Shown: in pieces, positions 23,019 to 33,760 of the stretch
How the letters are laid out: each line of letters begins with the position of its first letter
Position numbering within the stretch: the first letter of the stretch is position 1
Assembly (NCBI GenBank): GCA_035221665.1
Contig: CM069147.1
Location: forward strand, 20,460,001 to 20,524,000
Reading direction: 5' to 3'
DNA: 64,000 nt
Source: Okamejei kenojei
Lineage: Eukaryota
Notes under the pieces: generated by a model
Seen by the model: the letters and a program-made list of their open reading frames with translations, nothing else
Told to the model about the DNA's origin: nothing
The model's database searches: none
Position numbers and translations under genes: made by a program

Positions 23019-24445
23019 CGGTTGTTGGGTTGCTTTGTCAGTTTATTACAAGCAATTCATTTAGAAAGTTTGACTTAATTTACTTAATCAGGATTATCTT
23101 TAACGATGAAATAAATCTTACTGTTTATTCCCGGACTTTAAGCAGTTTCAGTTGAGATGTTGTTTACTTCTTTTTTTCCCCCTACGGTGCCAAATTGGTG
23201 GGACAGACTGAAGTTGTGCATTAGAAAATTAGTGTCAAACGTTTTCAAAACAAACAAAAAAATATTACATTGAAGTCAGCTTGGAGTCAGCAGCCATGAG
23301 ACCCACATGTTGGAACACCAAGGTCCTTGGGTTTCAGCTGCACATTGGTCTTCTGAGGTTCTAAAGCTGTCGATGTCGAATGGCAGACTCTACGATCGAC
23401 CTATTAAAATTGTTCCTGCTCTCTTTTCTTAGTGATGAGAAACCTGGACATCACACTCCAGCCATTCAAACTAACAGGAATATTATTTCAATATCGCATT
23501 GCAAAACATTTCTAACCACACCTCAGGATGAATTCCTTCCATCTTAGCACTTACCCGTTCTTAGCGATAAATCCATCTGGGAGATTGGCTTAAAATTCGC
23601 GACCGCTAAATGAATGGGCTCCAATGAAAAGGAGTATCGCAAATTCTCGTACAATGAACAGAATAACCCTCAATACCCACGCGTCCCACAAGTGCTACTC
23701 GACCTGGTGATTATATACATTGTGCTTTGTTTCATTTCGAATTACCAGTCCCTGTAATGCATTTATTTAAAATTGTTATTACCGGGTATTTATCAACAGG
23801 CGATTTTTCATATTATCCTCGCGACTTGGTTTTACTTTACAAATGACATAGAACTGAAATTTGCTTATGTCCCTAACACACACACTCACCAAATACAGTG
23901 ACCTGGCTGCCACTTCCATTCCCGATAACCCGATGCTGGAAATTTACTTGACAGTAATACAGACCGGAGTCAGCGACACGCGCATGTTGGAGAGTAAATG
24001 TTCCGCTTCCCGAATCTTTCGTAAATTGTTTTCTACTGTCCGATTCCAGGAATGTCTTCATGCCGCCCTTCCACCAATAAACGTCAATAGTGTCTTTCGA
24101 TATTGGAAATTTGCAATACATTATAGCAGTTTCTCCGCCGCCAACGTCCAAGTTGATAGGGAATTGAGACACTCTGCTCGAAGAGACTTCGGCGGCTGTC
24201 GGGAAAAAAAACAAGAACAATGGAAACAGTTGTACACGCTGGACAGAGAAAAGAAGAACCAACTGCCGAAAAGCACGAAACAATTATAAACCCACGAGGG
24301 CCTAATAGATAAACCTAATAGCTCGAAACCAGGTCCGAATTTTCGAAAAATAATACTTAAACCAGAAATGGCACACATATTTAACTATACCCTGCGTAAG
24401 TATAACCAGAAGAGCCATGGACCAAACTGTAACATTCGCCGACAT
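10896..24445 (-). CDS. Gene A: non-rearranging antigen-receptor-like IgSF receptor, L-VJ-C1-TM-cytoplasmic ITIM/ITSM, 348 aa, 7 coding exons
   Basis: Exons 24445-24391, 24195-23890, 21854-21561, 21025-20927, 20288-20245, 11998-11888, 11033-10896; all GT-AG; phases 1,1,1,1,0,0 join into one open frame of 1047 nt including the stop. Confidence 0.85.
11888..11998 (-). CDS. Gene A exon 6, cytoplasmic, with YxxL motif
   Basis: attttctaatag|...CAG|gtaaac; 111 nt, phase 0-0; VRQAPIEHTAAYATLNLSENKGFSNGLQEEQHVVSSQ. Confidence 0.8.
12115..13080 (-). mobile_element. CR1 LINE 3' fragment with many internal deletions
   Basis: (aacataga)n tail at 12114-12140; matches the reverse complement of CR1 ~30300-32180 with many gaps. 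Confidence 0.85.
14330..15074 (+). mobile_element. Degraded Rex/Babar RT fragment
   Basis: Similar to 62740-63150 (ttccaaaccattattc..aaactaatc; acttcctgatccacag; aaagcacgccaaagcctc). Confidence 0.55.
15075..19701 (+). mobile_element. DIRS1-like tyrosine-recombinase retrotransposon, 5'-truncated and degenerate, in gene A intron 5
   Basis: Remnants VIGKLVA, DIDLLASRLN, ARSALSSYL, HSTRAAS, GWAS; internal complementary region ~19360-19475 is the reverse complement of the right end 19617-19701; left terminal repeat absent. Confidence 0.9.
16290..16519. repeat. Two tandem ~120 bp units in the DIRS 5' region (further degenerate GC-rich repeats at 15075-15600)
   Basis: cacagactcaccaccg..ggagcctgccagat...cctttgtccc at 16290 and 16410. 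Confidence 0.85.
20245..20288 (-). CDS. Gene A exon 5, juxtamembrane cytoplasmic
   Basis: tttcattcctctag|...CCG|gtaggt; 44 nt, phase 1-0, bridges the TM exon to exon 6; (G)HNVTSVGIRQNREP. Confidence 0.7.
20927..21025 (-). CDS. Gene A exon 4, transmembrane
   Basis: ctgttgatccaccag|...|gtaagt; 99 nt; GIDRKQIIVYAVGGSVILVLIIIVIRLSLKIWY; homologous to gene B TM exon. Confidence 0.9.
21561..21854 (-). CDS. Gene A exon 3, C1-set Ig domain
   Basis: LVCKTDDFYPEKVEIFW...YTCLVSHISL, canonical C1 motifs; 294 nt, phase 1-1, donor gtaaga. Confidence 0.95.
22568..22800. mobile_element. Inverted pair of Penelope-type terminal repeats forming an imperfect palindrome
   Basis: 22570-22680 is a minus-strand copy and 22685-22795 a plus-strand copy of the repeat seen at 27866-27992. 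Confidence 0.6.
23890..24195 (-). CDS. Gene A exon 2, germline-joined VJ-type V domain
   Basis: ttttttcccgacag|...|gtgagt; 306 nt; B-strand C, VYWW, DSGLYYC and J-like G strand IGNGSGSQVTV in one exon. Confidence 0.95.
24391..24445 (-). CDS. Gene A exon 1, signal peptide
   Basis: ATG at 24445; MSANVTVWSMALLVILTQ; 55 nt, phase 1; same length and position as gene B leader. Confidence 0.85.
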
Positions 24446-26266
24446 ATTACAAGAATAAATTGCCAACTTATTGTTAGAGTTGTTTACTCAAAACTCGCTC
24501 TGCGGGAAAGGAAATCACGAGTAAATATATGAAACGGGTGACCGTGACGTAATATATCCCACGACTGTGGCCGAGTAATGGGTCCTAAGTTTTGTTTGGC
24601 TAGTGCGGCAGGAGAGGTAATAGCTCGGCCCATTCCCATTGTAACGAAGCCTTGCATTACTTCCTGAATCATGTTCACAACCTGTTCCCCTTGTTGACTC
24701 CCGTAGCATCCAGATTTTTACTCGGAACTAAATATGCATCAGCTGCCTACTCAGTTAATCGCCACAAATCGTTTCAGCGTGGAAGGTAAGAAGGGCTTGT
24801 TAATATTTAGATGCATAAACGTAGATACCCACCTTCCCTTGAATCGCCCCTCCTTCCCAATTTGCGTTGTTCTCTTTCGCTCTTTCGATCAAATATCGAT
24901 CAACTATCACCCCTATCAAAAAAAATCGATCAACTATCACCCCTTTCGTTTCTTCCTGTTCAGCCCTCACCCATCGCCATCCGCAGCTTTCTATTGATTA
25001 TGTTTCCATCTGACGCTTTATCGCTAACTCCGGTTGCTATTCCCACGAGACTAAATCAACATGCTGGTTTTGTTAACTAATATTTCTACTATTATCATGA
25101 ACACCATTGCAGCAATGTTCTATGGGAGTCCAGCAGCGTCCAGCTAAAAAATCGACTTTGTATGTCTAATCTATTGCTAAAAAAAACTGGCTTCTATTTG
25201 AACTTTCATGTAAAGATTGCGTAATGTTCGGGTTTTAAGTCTGTCGACACGAACCGTTCAAACGATGAGCTGCAACAAAAACATTCCGGTTTGGGATGCT
25301 GGTCATGAAGATAATGAAGACTGGACTCAGATTTAAAGCTGCACGTTGTTTCTATTTTAGTGATGACAGCAGTGTAAAGAAACCAGCGGCAGTTCGAGAA
25401 AACCTGAGCACTCGGCAAATCTGACAAATTAAGGATTTCTGTGCATGTTTACAAGCTACTGTCAGCGATTCGCCATGAGCTGTTCTGCAATAATGGACCA
25501 ATAATAATCTTACAAAAATGGATTTGAAGAAATTTTATTTGCCACATTTTGAGGAAATGCATCGGTATATTCCATTGGCAAGCGACAACTGAAATAGATT
25601 ATGTTTGCATTATTAATTTAACGTCGATAAAATGTTTCTAAGATGGCTCCCAGATTTTTAAAGTTTCATTAAATTAGATTAATTTAGTAAACAGCAGGCG
25701 CGGAAAGCTTTGGGCAACATAAAAAAATGCATGTTCTGCTTTGTATCAAGTGTTTGAATACCTTTGATAGTCTCGACAAATAAGATTATTCTTTAAATGA
25801 ACTGGCAGACTGTGGATCGACTGCGAGGCTATTTTTTCCATTTTGAGGCAGAGAAAATTTAACCAACGCACGAGATAATCTTTCATAACGTTAGACCTTT
25901 GCATTGTTGATGACCTCATCGCAGATACGTTTTCCAAATATTATTAACGATGTCTGATGGGAATAATTGGTTAGATTGTGTTTTTATTCTCCTTTCGACA
26001 AGATGTGTTGGATTGCCATTGACAAGAAAATGCTGTTTTCTACCCTTTGGTGGAATTGACTGGAATCATGCAACAGGTCAGATTACGAAATTGACGTCTC
26101 AAGTTGATCATTTCTGTTATAATATAGAAATATTGACCGTTTCGCTTTCTCCACAGATTGTCCTCGACGACCTAGAATTCACAATATTTCGTAATTAATT
26201 TCAGATTTCAAGGTATCTGCAGTCTTGCATTTTCTAGTAATTATCCTGCCACAACTTTTTTTCCAA

Positions 26267-26572
26267 GTGATCGCAGCGGTAGAGTTGCAGCCTTACAGCA
26301 CTTGCAGCGCCGGAGACCCGGGTTCGATCCCGACTACGGGCACTGTCTGTGCGGAGTTTGTACGTTCTCCCCGTGACCGCGTGGGGTTTCCAACAGAGAA
26401 CTTCGGTTTCTTCCAACTCTCCAAAGACGTGTAGGTATGTAGGTAAATTGGCTTGGTAAATGTAAAAAAATGTCCCTAGTGTGGGTAGGATAGTGTTAAT
26501 ATCGCTTATCGGCGCGGACCCGATGGGCCGAAGGGCCAGTTTTCGCGCTGCATATCTAAACTAAATTAAACA
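26267..26572 (+). mobile_element. tRNA-derived V-SINE (HE1-like, shark/ray family)
   Basis: A-box-like gcagcggtagag, B box gggttcgatccc, core ggagtttgtacgttctccccgtgacc, CR1-like tail gggccgaagggcc and aaact repeat. Confidence 0.85.
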
Positions 26573-27133
26573 AAACTGGAATTTAGATGTAGACTGAAAA
26601 TGCAAATGCACCAAATGCATACCCCCGACTGTCATCAATCGCGACATTATGCCAGTCCATCTGCATTCTCCTTGTCCATTCGAGCGGTTCCAAAATCTAT
26701 GAACCTCATAGTTAATGCCAGCAGGTTACCTCTAGTTACAGGCGATATCCTCTTTTTTGTCAATAGAATCATCGCAACTTGTCAAACGTTGTATGGAGTA
26801 CGTACTAAGCGCACCCACATAGGTCAGGTGCACAGGGGTAGTCTTTCCAATAACCCTCACGGATATTTTTCCGCTCCTCTATGCCGGAGAGGCACCACAC
26901 GTCTCTGCTCTTCTGAGCAAGAGTGACAACGCGTCAACCATTGTGATATTTTTGAATCATTTAGTTTCATCTTGACTTATAACGCGTCAGGTAATGGCAC
27001 GTCGTTCCATGCTCACAGAGAAAGAGTATCATTTAAAAATCGGCCATTTAATTGTCATGAAGATGTTTGCCTCGTATTTAATTTTTCCCCCAGAACGAAC
27101 ACGAAATAATGAAGGAAAGAACCATAAAGAAGG

Positions 27134-27225
27134 AAAGAAGGGTTTCGACCCGAAACGTCACCCATTCCTTCTCCCCAGAGACGCTACCTGTTCCGCTGTG
27201 TTACTCCAGCATTTTGTGTCTACCT
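27134..27225 (+). mobile_element. Penelope-type terminal repeat fragment
   Basis: aagaagggtttcgacccgaaacgtcacccattccttct...ttactccagcattttgtgtct. Confidence 0.6.
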
Positions 27226-27329
27226 ACGAAATAATGAAGACTACAGTACAACCTTAGAAATGTTTCATTGACGTAGGCAGACCTTTAAGAAATGGTCTTA
27301 AATTAAACTTATAGTTCTACACGAAGTGA

Positions 27330-27470
27330 TAACGCGGGCGGTCGGTGACTTATTTGTTTCCGATAGGCACAGCATTCGACCGCAAGCCTTTCCATGACGT
27401 CGCCAGCAGACTCGCGAGAACAGTTCTATTCTCATGCTGTGTGTTATTTCTATTTTGACAAGCTAGAAAT
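27330..27470. promoter_or_regulatory. Conserved upstream module, copy 2, ~2.9 kb upstream of gene A ATG
   Basis: ACCGCA 27379-27384, TTTCCA 27389-27394, TGACGTCG 27395-27402. Confidence 0.55.
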
Positions 27471-27865
27471 GTAGTGGTCAGTTAGTTAGTCAGTAGATGA
27501 TAGAAAAAAACTTAGTTTTGATCCATCTTTTTTTTTATACAAACGTTGCAGAAGCTCGCATGGACACAATCGGCCTAATGGAACAAATAAGAGGCATCTA
27601 TACAAGAGCAGAGCAAGGACGACGTATGCACATATACATAATTTAATTTAAATATGCAGATTTACAATTCGCAGATGTAGTGAGAATTATAGTGAGAAGT
27701 GGTGAGAAACTCAGGTCTCCGAAAGCAAATAGATCATAAAACATACAACAGTTAAACACTGCAATGGGTCTCTCGGCCTAGTATTTTTACGCGGAACACA
27801 ATGCGAAGATAAACTAATCTCCTCTATCTGCATCTGATCCACATCCCACCATGCCTTCAATATTT

Positions 27866-27992
27866 CTGAAGAAGGGTCTCGACGCGAAACGTCACCCATT
27901 TCATCTCTCCTGAGATGCTGCCTGTCCCGCTGAGTTCTCCAGATTTTTTTGTCTATCTTCGGTTTAAACCAGCATCTGCAGTTCCTTTGCAC
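27866..27992 (+). mobile_element. Penelope-type terminal repeat with hammerhead-ribozyme-like core
   Basis: CTGAAGA(27866)-agggtctcgacgc-GAAA(27886)-CGTC. Confidence 0.6.
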
Positions 27993-28109
27993 ATATTTAT
28001 GGGCCTATCGAAGAGACTCGCCAAAAACTGCTATCGTATCTTCCTCCACCACCCCTGGTAACGCGTTCCAGGCACTTTCGGCGTCAAAAACCGGCCCAGC
28101 ATAACTCTA

Positions 28110-31100
28110 CAAGTGAGTTGATTTAATTTGGGGGCAAGCCATGTCATTTGAGATCGGCCCCATGGTTTTCTCATCCTGCAACATGTGGGAGATCAGCGAT
28201 ATGGTCGGTGTCCCTGGTGACTACGTTTGCAGGAAGTGTGTCCAGCTGCAGCTCCTGACAGACCGCATTAAACGATTGGAGCTGCGGTTGGATTCATACT
28301 GGAGCATCCACGATGCTGAGAAGCTCGTGAATAGCACGTACAGTGAGTTGGTCACACCGCAGGTTAAGTGGACAGAAAGGGAACGGGTGGCCATTAGCCA
28401 GCGTAGCACTAGGCAAGTGGTGCAGGAGTCCCCTGCGGTCATCTCCCTCCTAAACAGATTTACCATTTTGCATACTGTTGGGGGAGATGGCTCATCAGGG
28501 AAGGCAGCAGCAGCCAAGTCCATGGCACCATGGGTGGCTCTGCACCACAGGAGGGGAGAAAGAAGAGTGGAAGGGCTATTGTAATAGGGGATTCAATAGT
28601 AAGGGGAATAGATAGGCGTTTCTGTAGCCGCAAACGAGACTCCATGATGGTATGTTGCCTCCCTGGTGCAAGGGTCAGGGATGTCACTGAACGGCTGCAG
28701 AACATTCTGGAGGGGGATGGTGAACAGCCAGCTGTCGTGGTGCACATTGGCACCAACAATATAGGTAAAAAACGGGATGAGGTCCTACAAGGCGAATTTA
28801 GGGAGCTAGGAGATAAACTTAAAAGTAGGACCTCAAAGGTAATAATCTCTGGAATCCTACCAGTGCCACGTGCTAGTCAGAGTAGAAATAGGAGGAAATT
28901 GCAGATTAATACGTGGCTTGAAAAATGGTGCAAGGGGGAGGGGATTCAAATTTCTCGGGCATTGGAACCAGTTCTGGGGAAGGTGGGACCAGTACAAACA
29001 GGACGATCTGCACCTCGGCTTGAAGGGAACCAATGTCCTTGGGGGAGTGTTTGCTAGTGCTGTCAGGGTGGATTTAAACTAATGTGGCAGGGGGATGGGA
29101 GCATGAGCAGAGAGACAGAGAGATGTAAAATGAGGGTAGAAGCAATAGGTAGCAAGGTGAAAAGTAAAAGTGGCAGGCAGAAAAATCCAGGGCAAAAATC
29201 AAAAAGGGCCACTTTTCACCATAATTGTATAAGGGGTAAGAGTGTTGTAAAAACAAGCCTGAAGGGTTTGTGTCTCAATGCAAGGAGCATTCATAATAAG
29301 GTGGATGAGTTGAATGTGCAGATAGTTATTAATGAATATGATATAGTTGGGATCACGGAGACATGGCTCCAGGGTGACCAAGGCTGGGAGCTGAACATCC
29401 AAGGATATTCAATATTCAGGAGGGATAGTCAGAAAGGAAAAGGAGGTGGAGGAGCGCTGCTGGTTAGAGAGGAGATTGACGCAATAGAAAGGAAGGACAT
29501 TAGCTTGGAGGATTTGGAATCGATATGGGTAGTGCTGCAAAACACTAAGGGGCAGAAAACGCTGGTGGGTGTTGTGTACAGGCCACCTAACAGTAGTAGT
29601 GGAGTTGGGGATGGCATCAAACATGAAATTAGAAATGCGTGCAACAAAGGTAAAACAGTTATAACGGGTGACTTCAATCTACATATAGATTGGGTGAATC
29701 AAATTGGCAGGGGTGCTGAGGAAGAGGATTTCTTGGAATGTATGCAGGATAGTTTTCTAAACCAACATGTAGAGGAACCAACGAGAGAGCAGGCTATTCT
29801 ATACTGGGTACTGAGTAATGAGGAAGGGTTAATTAGCACTCTTGTTGTGCATGGCCCCTTGGACACCAGTGACCATAATATGGTTGAGATCTTCATTAGG
29901 ATGGAGAGTGACATTGTTAATTCAGAAACAAGGGTTCTGAACATAAAGAAAGGTAACTTTGAGGGTATGAGACGTGAATTGGCCAAGATAGACTGGCAAG
30001 TGATTCTTAAAGGGTTGGCGGTGGATATGCAATAGAAGTCATTTAAAGACTGCATGGATGAACTACAACAATTGTTCATCCCAGATTGGCAAAAGAATAA
30101 ATCAGGGAAGGTAGTGCATCCGTGGATAACAAGGGAAATCAGGGATAGTATCAAAACTAAAGATGAAGCATACAAATTAGCCAGAAAAAGCAGCCTACCA
30201 GAGGACTGGGAGAAATTTAGAGACCAACAGAGGAGGACAAAGGGCTTAATTAGGAAAGGGAAAATAAATTATGAAAGAAACCTGGCAGGGAAAATAAAAA
30301 CGGACTGCAAAAGTTTTTATAGATATATGAAGAGAAAAAGGTTAGTTAAAATAAATGTAGGCCCCTTGCAGTCAGAAACAGGTGAATTGATCATGGGGAA
30401 CAAGGACATGGCAGACCAATTGAATGACTACATTGGTTCTGTCTTCACTAAGGAAGACATAAATAATCTGCCGGAAATAGCAGGGGACCGGGGTTCAAAT
30501 GAGATGGAGGAACTGAGTGAAATCCAGGTTAGCCGGGAAGTGGTGTTAGGTAAATTGAACGGATTGAAGGCCGACAAAATCCCCAGGTCCAGATAGGCTG
30601 CATCCCAGAGTACTTAAAGAAGTAGCCCCGGAAATAGTGGATGCATTAGTGATAATTTTTCCAAACTCTTTAGATTCTGGAGTAGTTCCTGAGGATTGGA
30701 GGGTAGCTAATGTAACGCCACTTTTTAAAAAGGGAGGGAGAGAGAACACGGGGAATTACAGACCAGTTAGTCTAACATCGGTAGTGGGGAAATTGCTAGA
30801 GTCAGTTATCAAAAATGGGATAGCAGCACATTTGGAAAGTGGTGAAATCATTGGACAAAGTCAGCATGGGTTTATGAAAGGTAAATCATGTCTGACGAAT
30901 CTTATAGAATTTTTCGAGGATGTAACTAGTAGAGAGGATAAGGGAGAACCTGTGAATCTGGACTTGTATCTGGACTTTCAGAAGGCTTTTGACAAGGTCC
31001 CACATAAGAGATTAGCATTCAAACTTAAAGCAGATGGTATTGGGGGTTCAGTGTTGATGTGGATAGAGAACTGGCTGGCAGACAGAAAGCAAAGAGTAGG

Positions 31101-32181
31101 AGTAAACGGGTCATTTTCAGAATGGCAGGCATTGACTAGTGGGGTACCGCAATGCTCAGTGCTGGGACCCCAGCTATTAACAATATATATTAATGATCTG
31201 GATGAGGGAATTGAATGCAACATCTCCAAGTTTGCGGATGACACGAAGCTGGGGGGCAGTGTTAGCTATGAGGAGGATGCTAGGAGGCCGCAAGGTGACT
31301 TGGATAGGTTGGTTGAGTGGGCAAATGCATGGCAGATGCAGTATATTGTGGATATATGTGAGGTTATCCACTTTGGCGGCAAAAACAGGAGGGTAGACTA
31401 TTATCTGAATGGTAGCCGATTAGGGAAGAGGGAGATGCAACGAGACCTGGGTGTCATGGTACACCAGTCATTGAAAGTAGGCATGCAGGTGCAGCAGGCT
31501 GTGAAGAAAGCGAATGGTATGTTAGCATTCATAGCAAAAGGATTTGAGTACAAGAGCAGGGAGGTTCTACTGCAGTTGTACAGGGTCTTGGTGAGGCCAC
31601 ACCTGGAGTATTGCATACAGTTTTGGTCTCCTAATCTGAGGAAAGACATTTTTTCCATAGAGGGAGTACAGAGAAGGTTCACCAGACTGATTCCTGGGAT
31701 GGCACGACTTCCATATGAAGAAAGACTGGATAGACTGGGCTTGTACTAGCTGGAATTTAGGAGATTGAGGGGGGATCTTATAGAGACGTACAAAATTCTT
31801 AAGGGGTTGGACAGGCTAGATGCAGGAAGATTGTTCCCGATGTTGGGGAACTCCAGAACAAGGGGTCACAGTTTAAGGAGAAGGGGGAAGTCTTTTAGGA
31901 CCGAGATGAGAAGATCATTTTTCACACAGAGAGTGGTGAGTCTGTGGAATTCTCTGCCACAGAAGGTAGTTGAGGCCAGTTCATTGGCTATATTTAAGAG
32001 GGAGTTAGATGTGGCCCTTGTGGCTAAAGGGATCAGGGGGTATGGAGAGAAGGCAGGTATAGGACACTGAGTTGGATGATCAGCCATGATCATATTGAAT
32101 CATGATTTCAACCTTAAAGTGCAGCCTTAAAGGGCCGAATGGCCTACTCCTGCACCTATTTTCTATGATTCTATGATTCTA
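28110..32181 (+). mobile_element. Near full-length CR1 LINE (ORF1 zinc finger plus SGNH esterase; ORF2 APE plus RT), inactivated
   Basis: ORF1 CRKC, IGDSIVRG, HIGTNN; ORF2 LNARSI, GITETW, GDFN, SDHN, FADD; frameshifts and stops; (ttctatga)n tail. Confidence 0.95.
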
Positions 32182-32442
32182 CACTTCTGACATTAACACA
32201 ATACCTTCCTGTCTTTCATAGGTTCTGACGAACAACACTACCCATGCCTCTCGTTATTTTCTGTTCTTCAGCCAGGTGGCCAGTCTCAGAAGAAAACACG
32301 TCAAGAACGTTTTATTTTCATATGTCGCAGATAGAACAACAAAATTCTTATTTGCAGCAGCACAACAGAATATGTAAACATTGTACACTGTAAGAAATAC
32401 AATAAACGGGGAAAAAATTATAACATACAGTTACGCACATAT

Positions 32443-33760
32443 ATCTATATTACTAAAAGTCTGATCTTGACCACTTCCTGTTGTTCTGTATATTGATTTT
32501 AGAAAAAATGCTGCGACTTACGGCTGTGATTTTTGGCCATCTTACTCAGAGTCCCCCTCCGCTGCACAGGACAAGCGGATGTTTCCCATCGATGAACAAT
32601 AAAATAATTATTAGTGTTTTAAAAATGTTGAGATTCTGTCTCCTGTAGGCCACGCCCCTTCCGGAGGGACTATAAAACCCGGAACTGCGTGCCTCAGTCA
32701 GTCTGTGCAAGATGGGGGAGCGAGAGGCTCATTTCTCTCAATATGAGCTGTGAATAACACTGAACACATGTCTACTAAACTGTGAGTGGTTTTACTCACC
32801 TGTCATTGCCCTTAATGTGGTTTGAAAATATTGTTTGGAAATGTTAAAGCTGTGTTGCCTTTGGCTTGGAAATGCTAAAGCTGTGTTGCCTTCGGTTTGG
32901 AAATGCTAAAGCTGTGTTGCCTTTGGTTTGGAAATGCTAAAGCTGTGTTGCCTTTGGTGTGGAAATGCTAAAGCTGTGTTGCCTTTGGTTTGGAAATGCT
33001 AAAGCTGTGTTGCCTTTGGCTTGGAAATGCTAAAGCTGTGGTGCCTTTGGTTTGGAAATGCTAAAGCTGTGGTGCCTTTGGTTTGGAAATCATAAAGCTG
33101 TGTTGCCTAATTAAAGTTGCCTTGCCTAATTAAAGTTGCCTTGCCTAATTAAAGTTGCCTTGCCTTCTATATAATAAAAGTCTATTCTTGACCACTTCCT
33201 GTTTATGCTTTATATTGATTTTAGAAACAACGCTACCACGTAGGGCTGTGATTTTTGGCCATCTTACTCAGTCCTTCTCCACTCATCAGGTGCGGAAGAT
33301 TTTTCCCTTCGATGAAAAATAATAGAGTTATTATTAGTGTTTAAAAAATGTTGAGATTCTCTCTCCTGTCAATCACGCCATGAAGGCCACGCCACTTCTG
33401 GTGGGAGGGGGGGAGGGACTATAAAACCCAGAAGTGTGGGCATGGCTCAGTCTCTGAAAGATGGAGGAGGGAGAGGTCACAACTCGCTGTCTTTAGTGGC
33501 CTTGCACCCTGCTTGACATGGTATGAAACTGCACTTGAATATGGTGGCCTTGCACCCTGCTTGAAATGGAATTTGAAGGAATAGCCGTGAGTCAACTGCC
33601 AGCCCACCAGCCGTGAGTGAGTGAACTGCCAGCACAACAGGCTTGAGAGACTGAACCCCCAGCCCAAGAATCCATTCGGCCCACAATGTCCATACTAGCT
33701 CTCTGGAAACCTGTCACTTCAGCCCACTAGCGCTCTAGAAAGCCCCCCACTGGCCACCAA
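32443..33760 (+). mobile_element. Non-autonomous Helitron-like segment(s) with internal minisatellite
   Basis: A|TCTATATTACTAAAAGTCTGATCTTG at 32443 and a second start TCTATATAATAAAAGTCTATTCTTG at ~33167 resemble the Helitron 5' ends at 3864 and 5284; 3' end not clearly identified. Confidence 0.5.
32834..33165. repeat. 31-bp minisatellite (~9 copies) followed by a 19-bp repeat (~3 copies)
   Basis: tttggaaatgctaaagctgtgttgcctttgg; taattaaagttgccttgcc. Confidence 0.95.

Noticed and set aside
23890-23905. CACTGTA heptamer-like sequence suggesting an RSS or rearranging Ig/TCR segment
   Set aside because: Lies inside the coding J-like strand; no nonamer at 12/23 spacing seen; V and J are continuous and followed by a splice donor
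26267-26340. tRNA gene
   Set aside because: tRNA-like head of a SINE continuing into V-SINE core and LINE tail; no intact cloverleaf
32834-33110. Regular 31-bp repeats resembling a CRISPR array
   Set aside because: No unique spacers, eukaryotic context; a simple minisatellite
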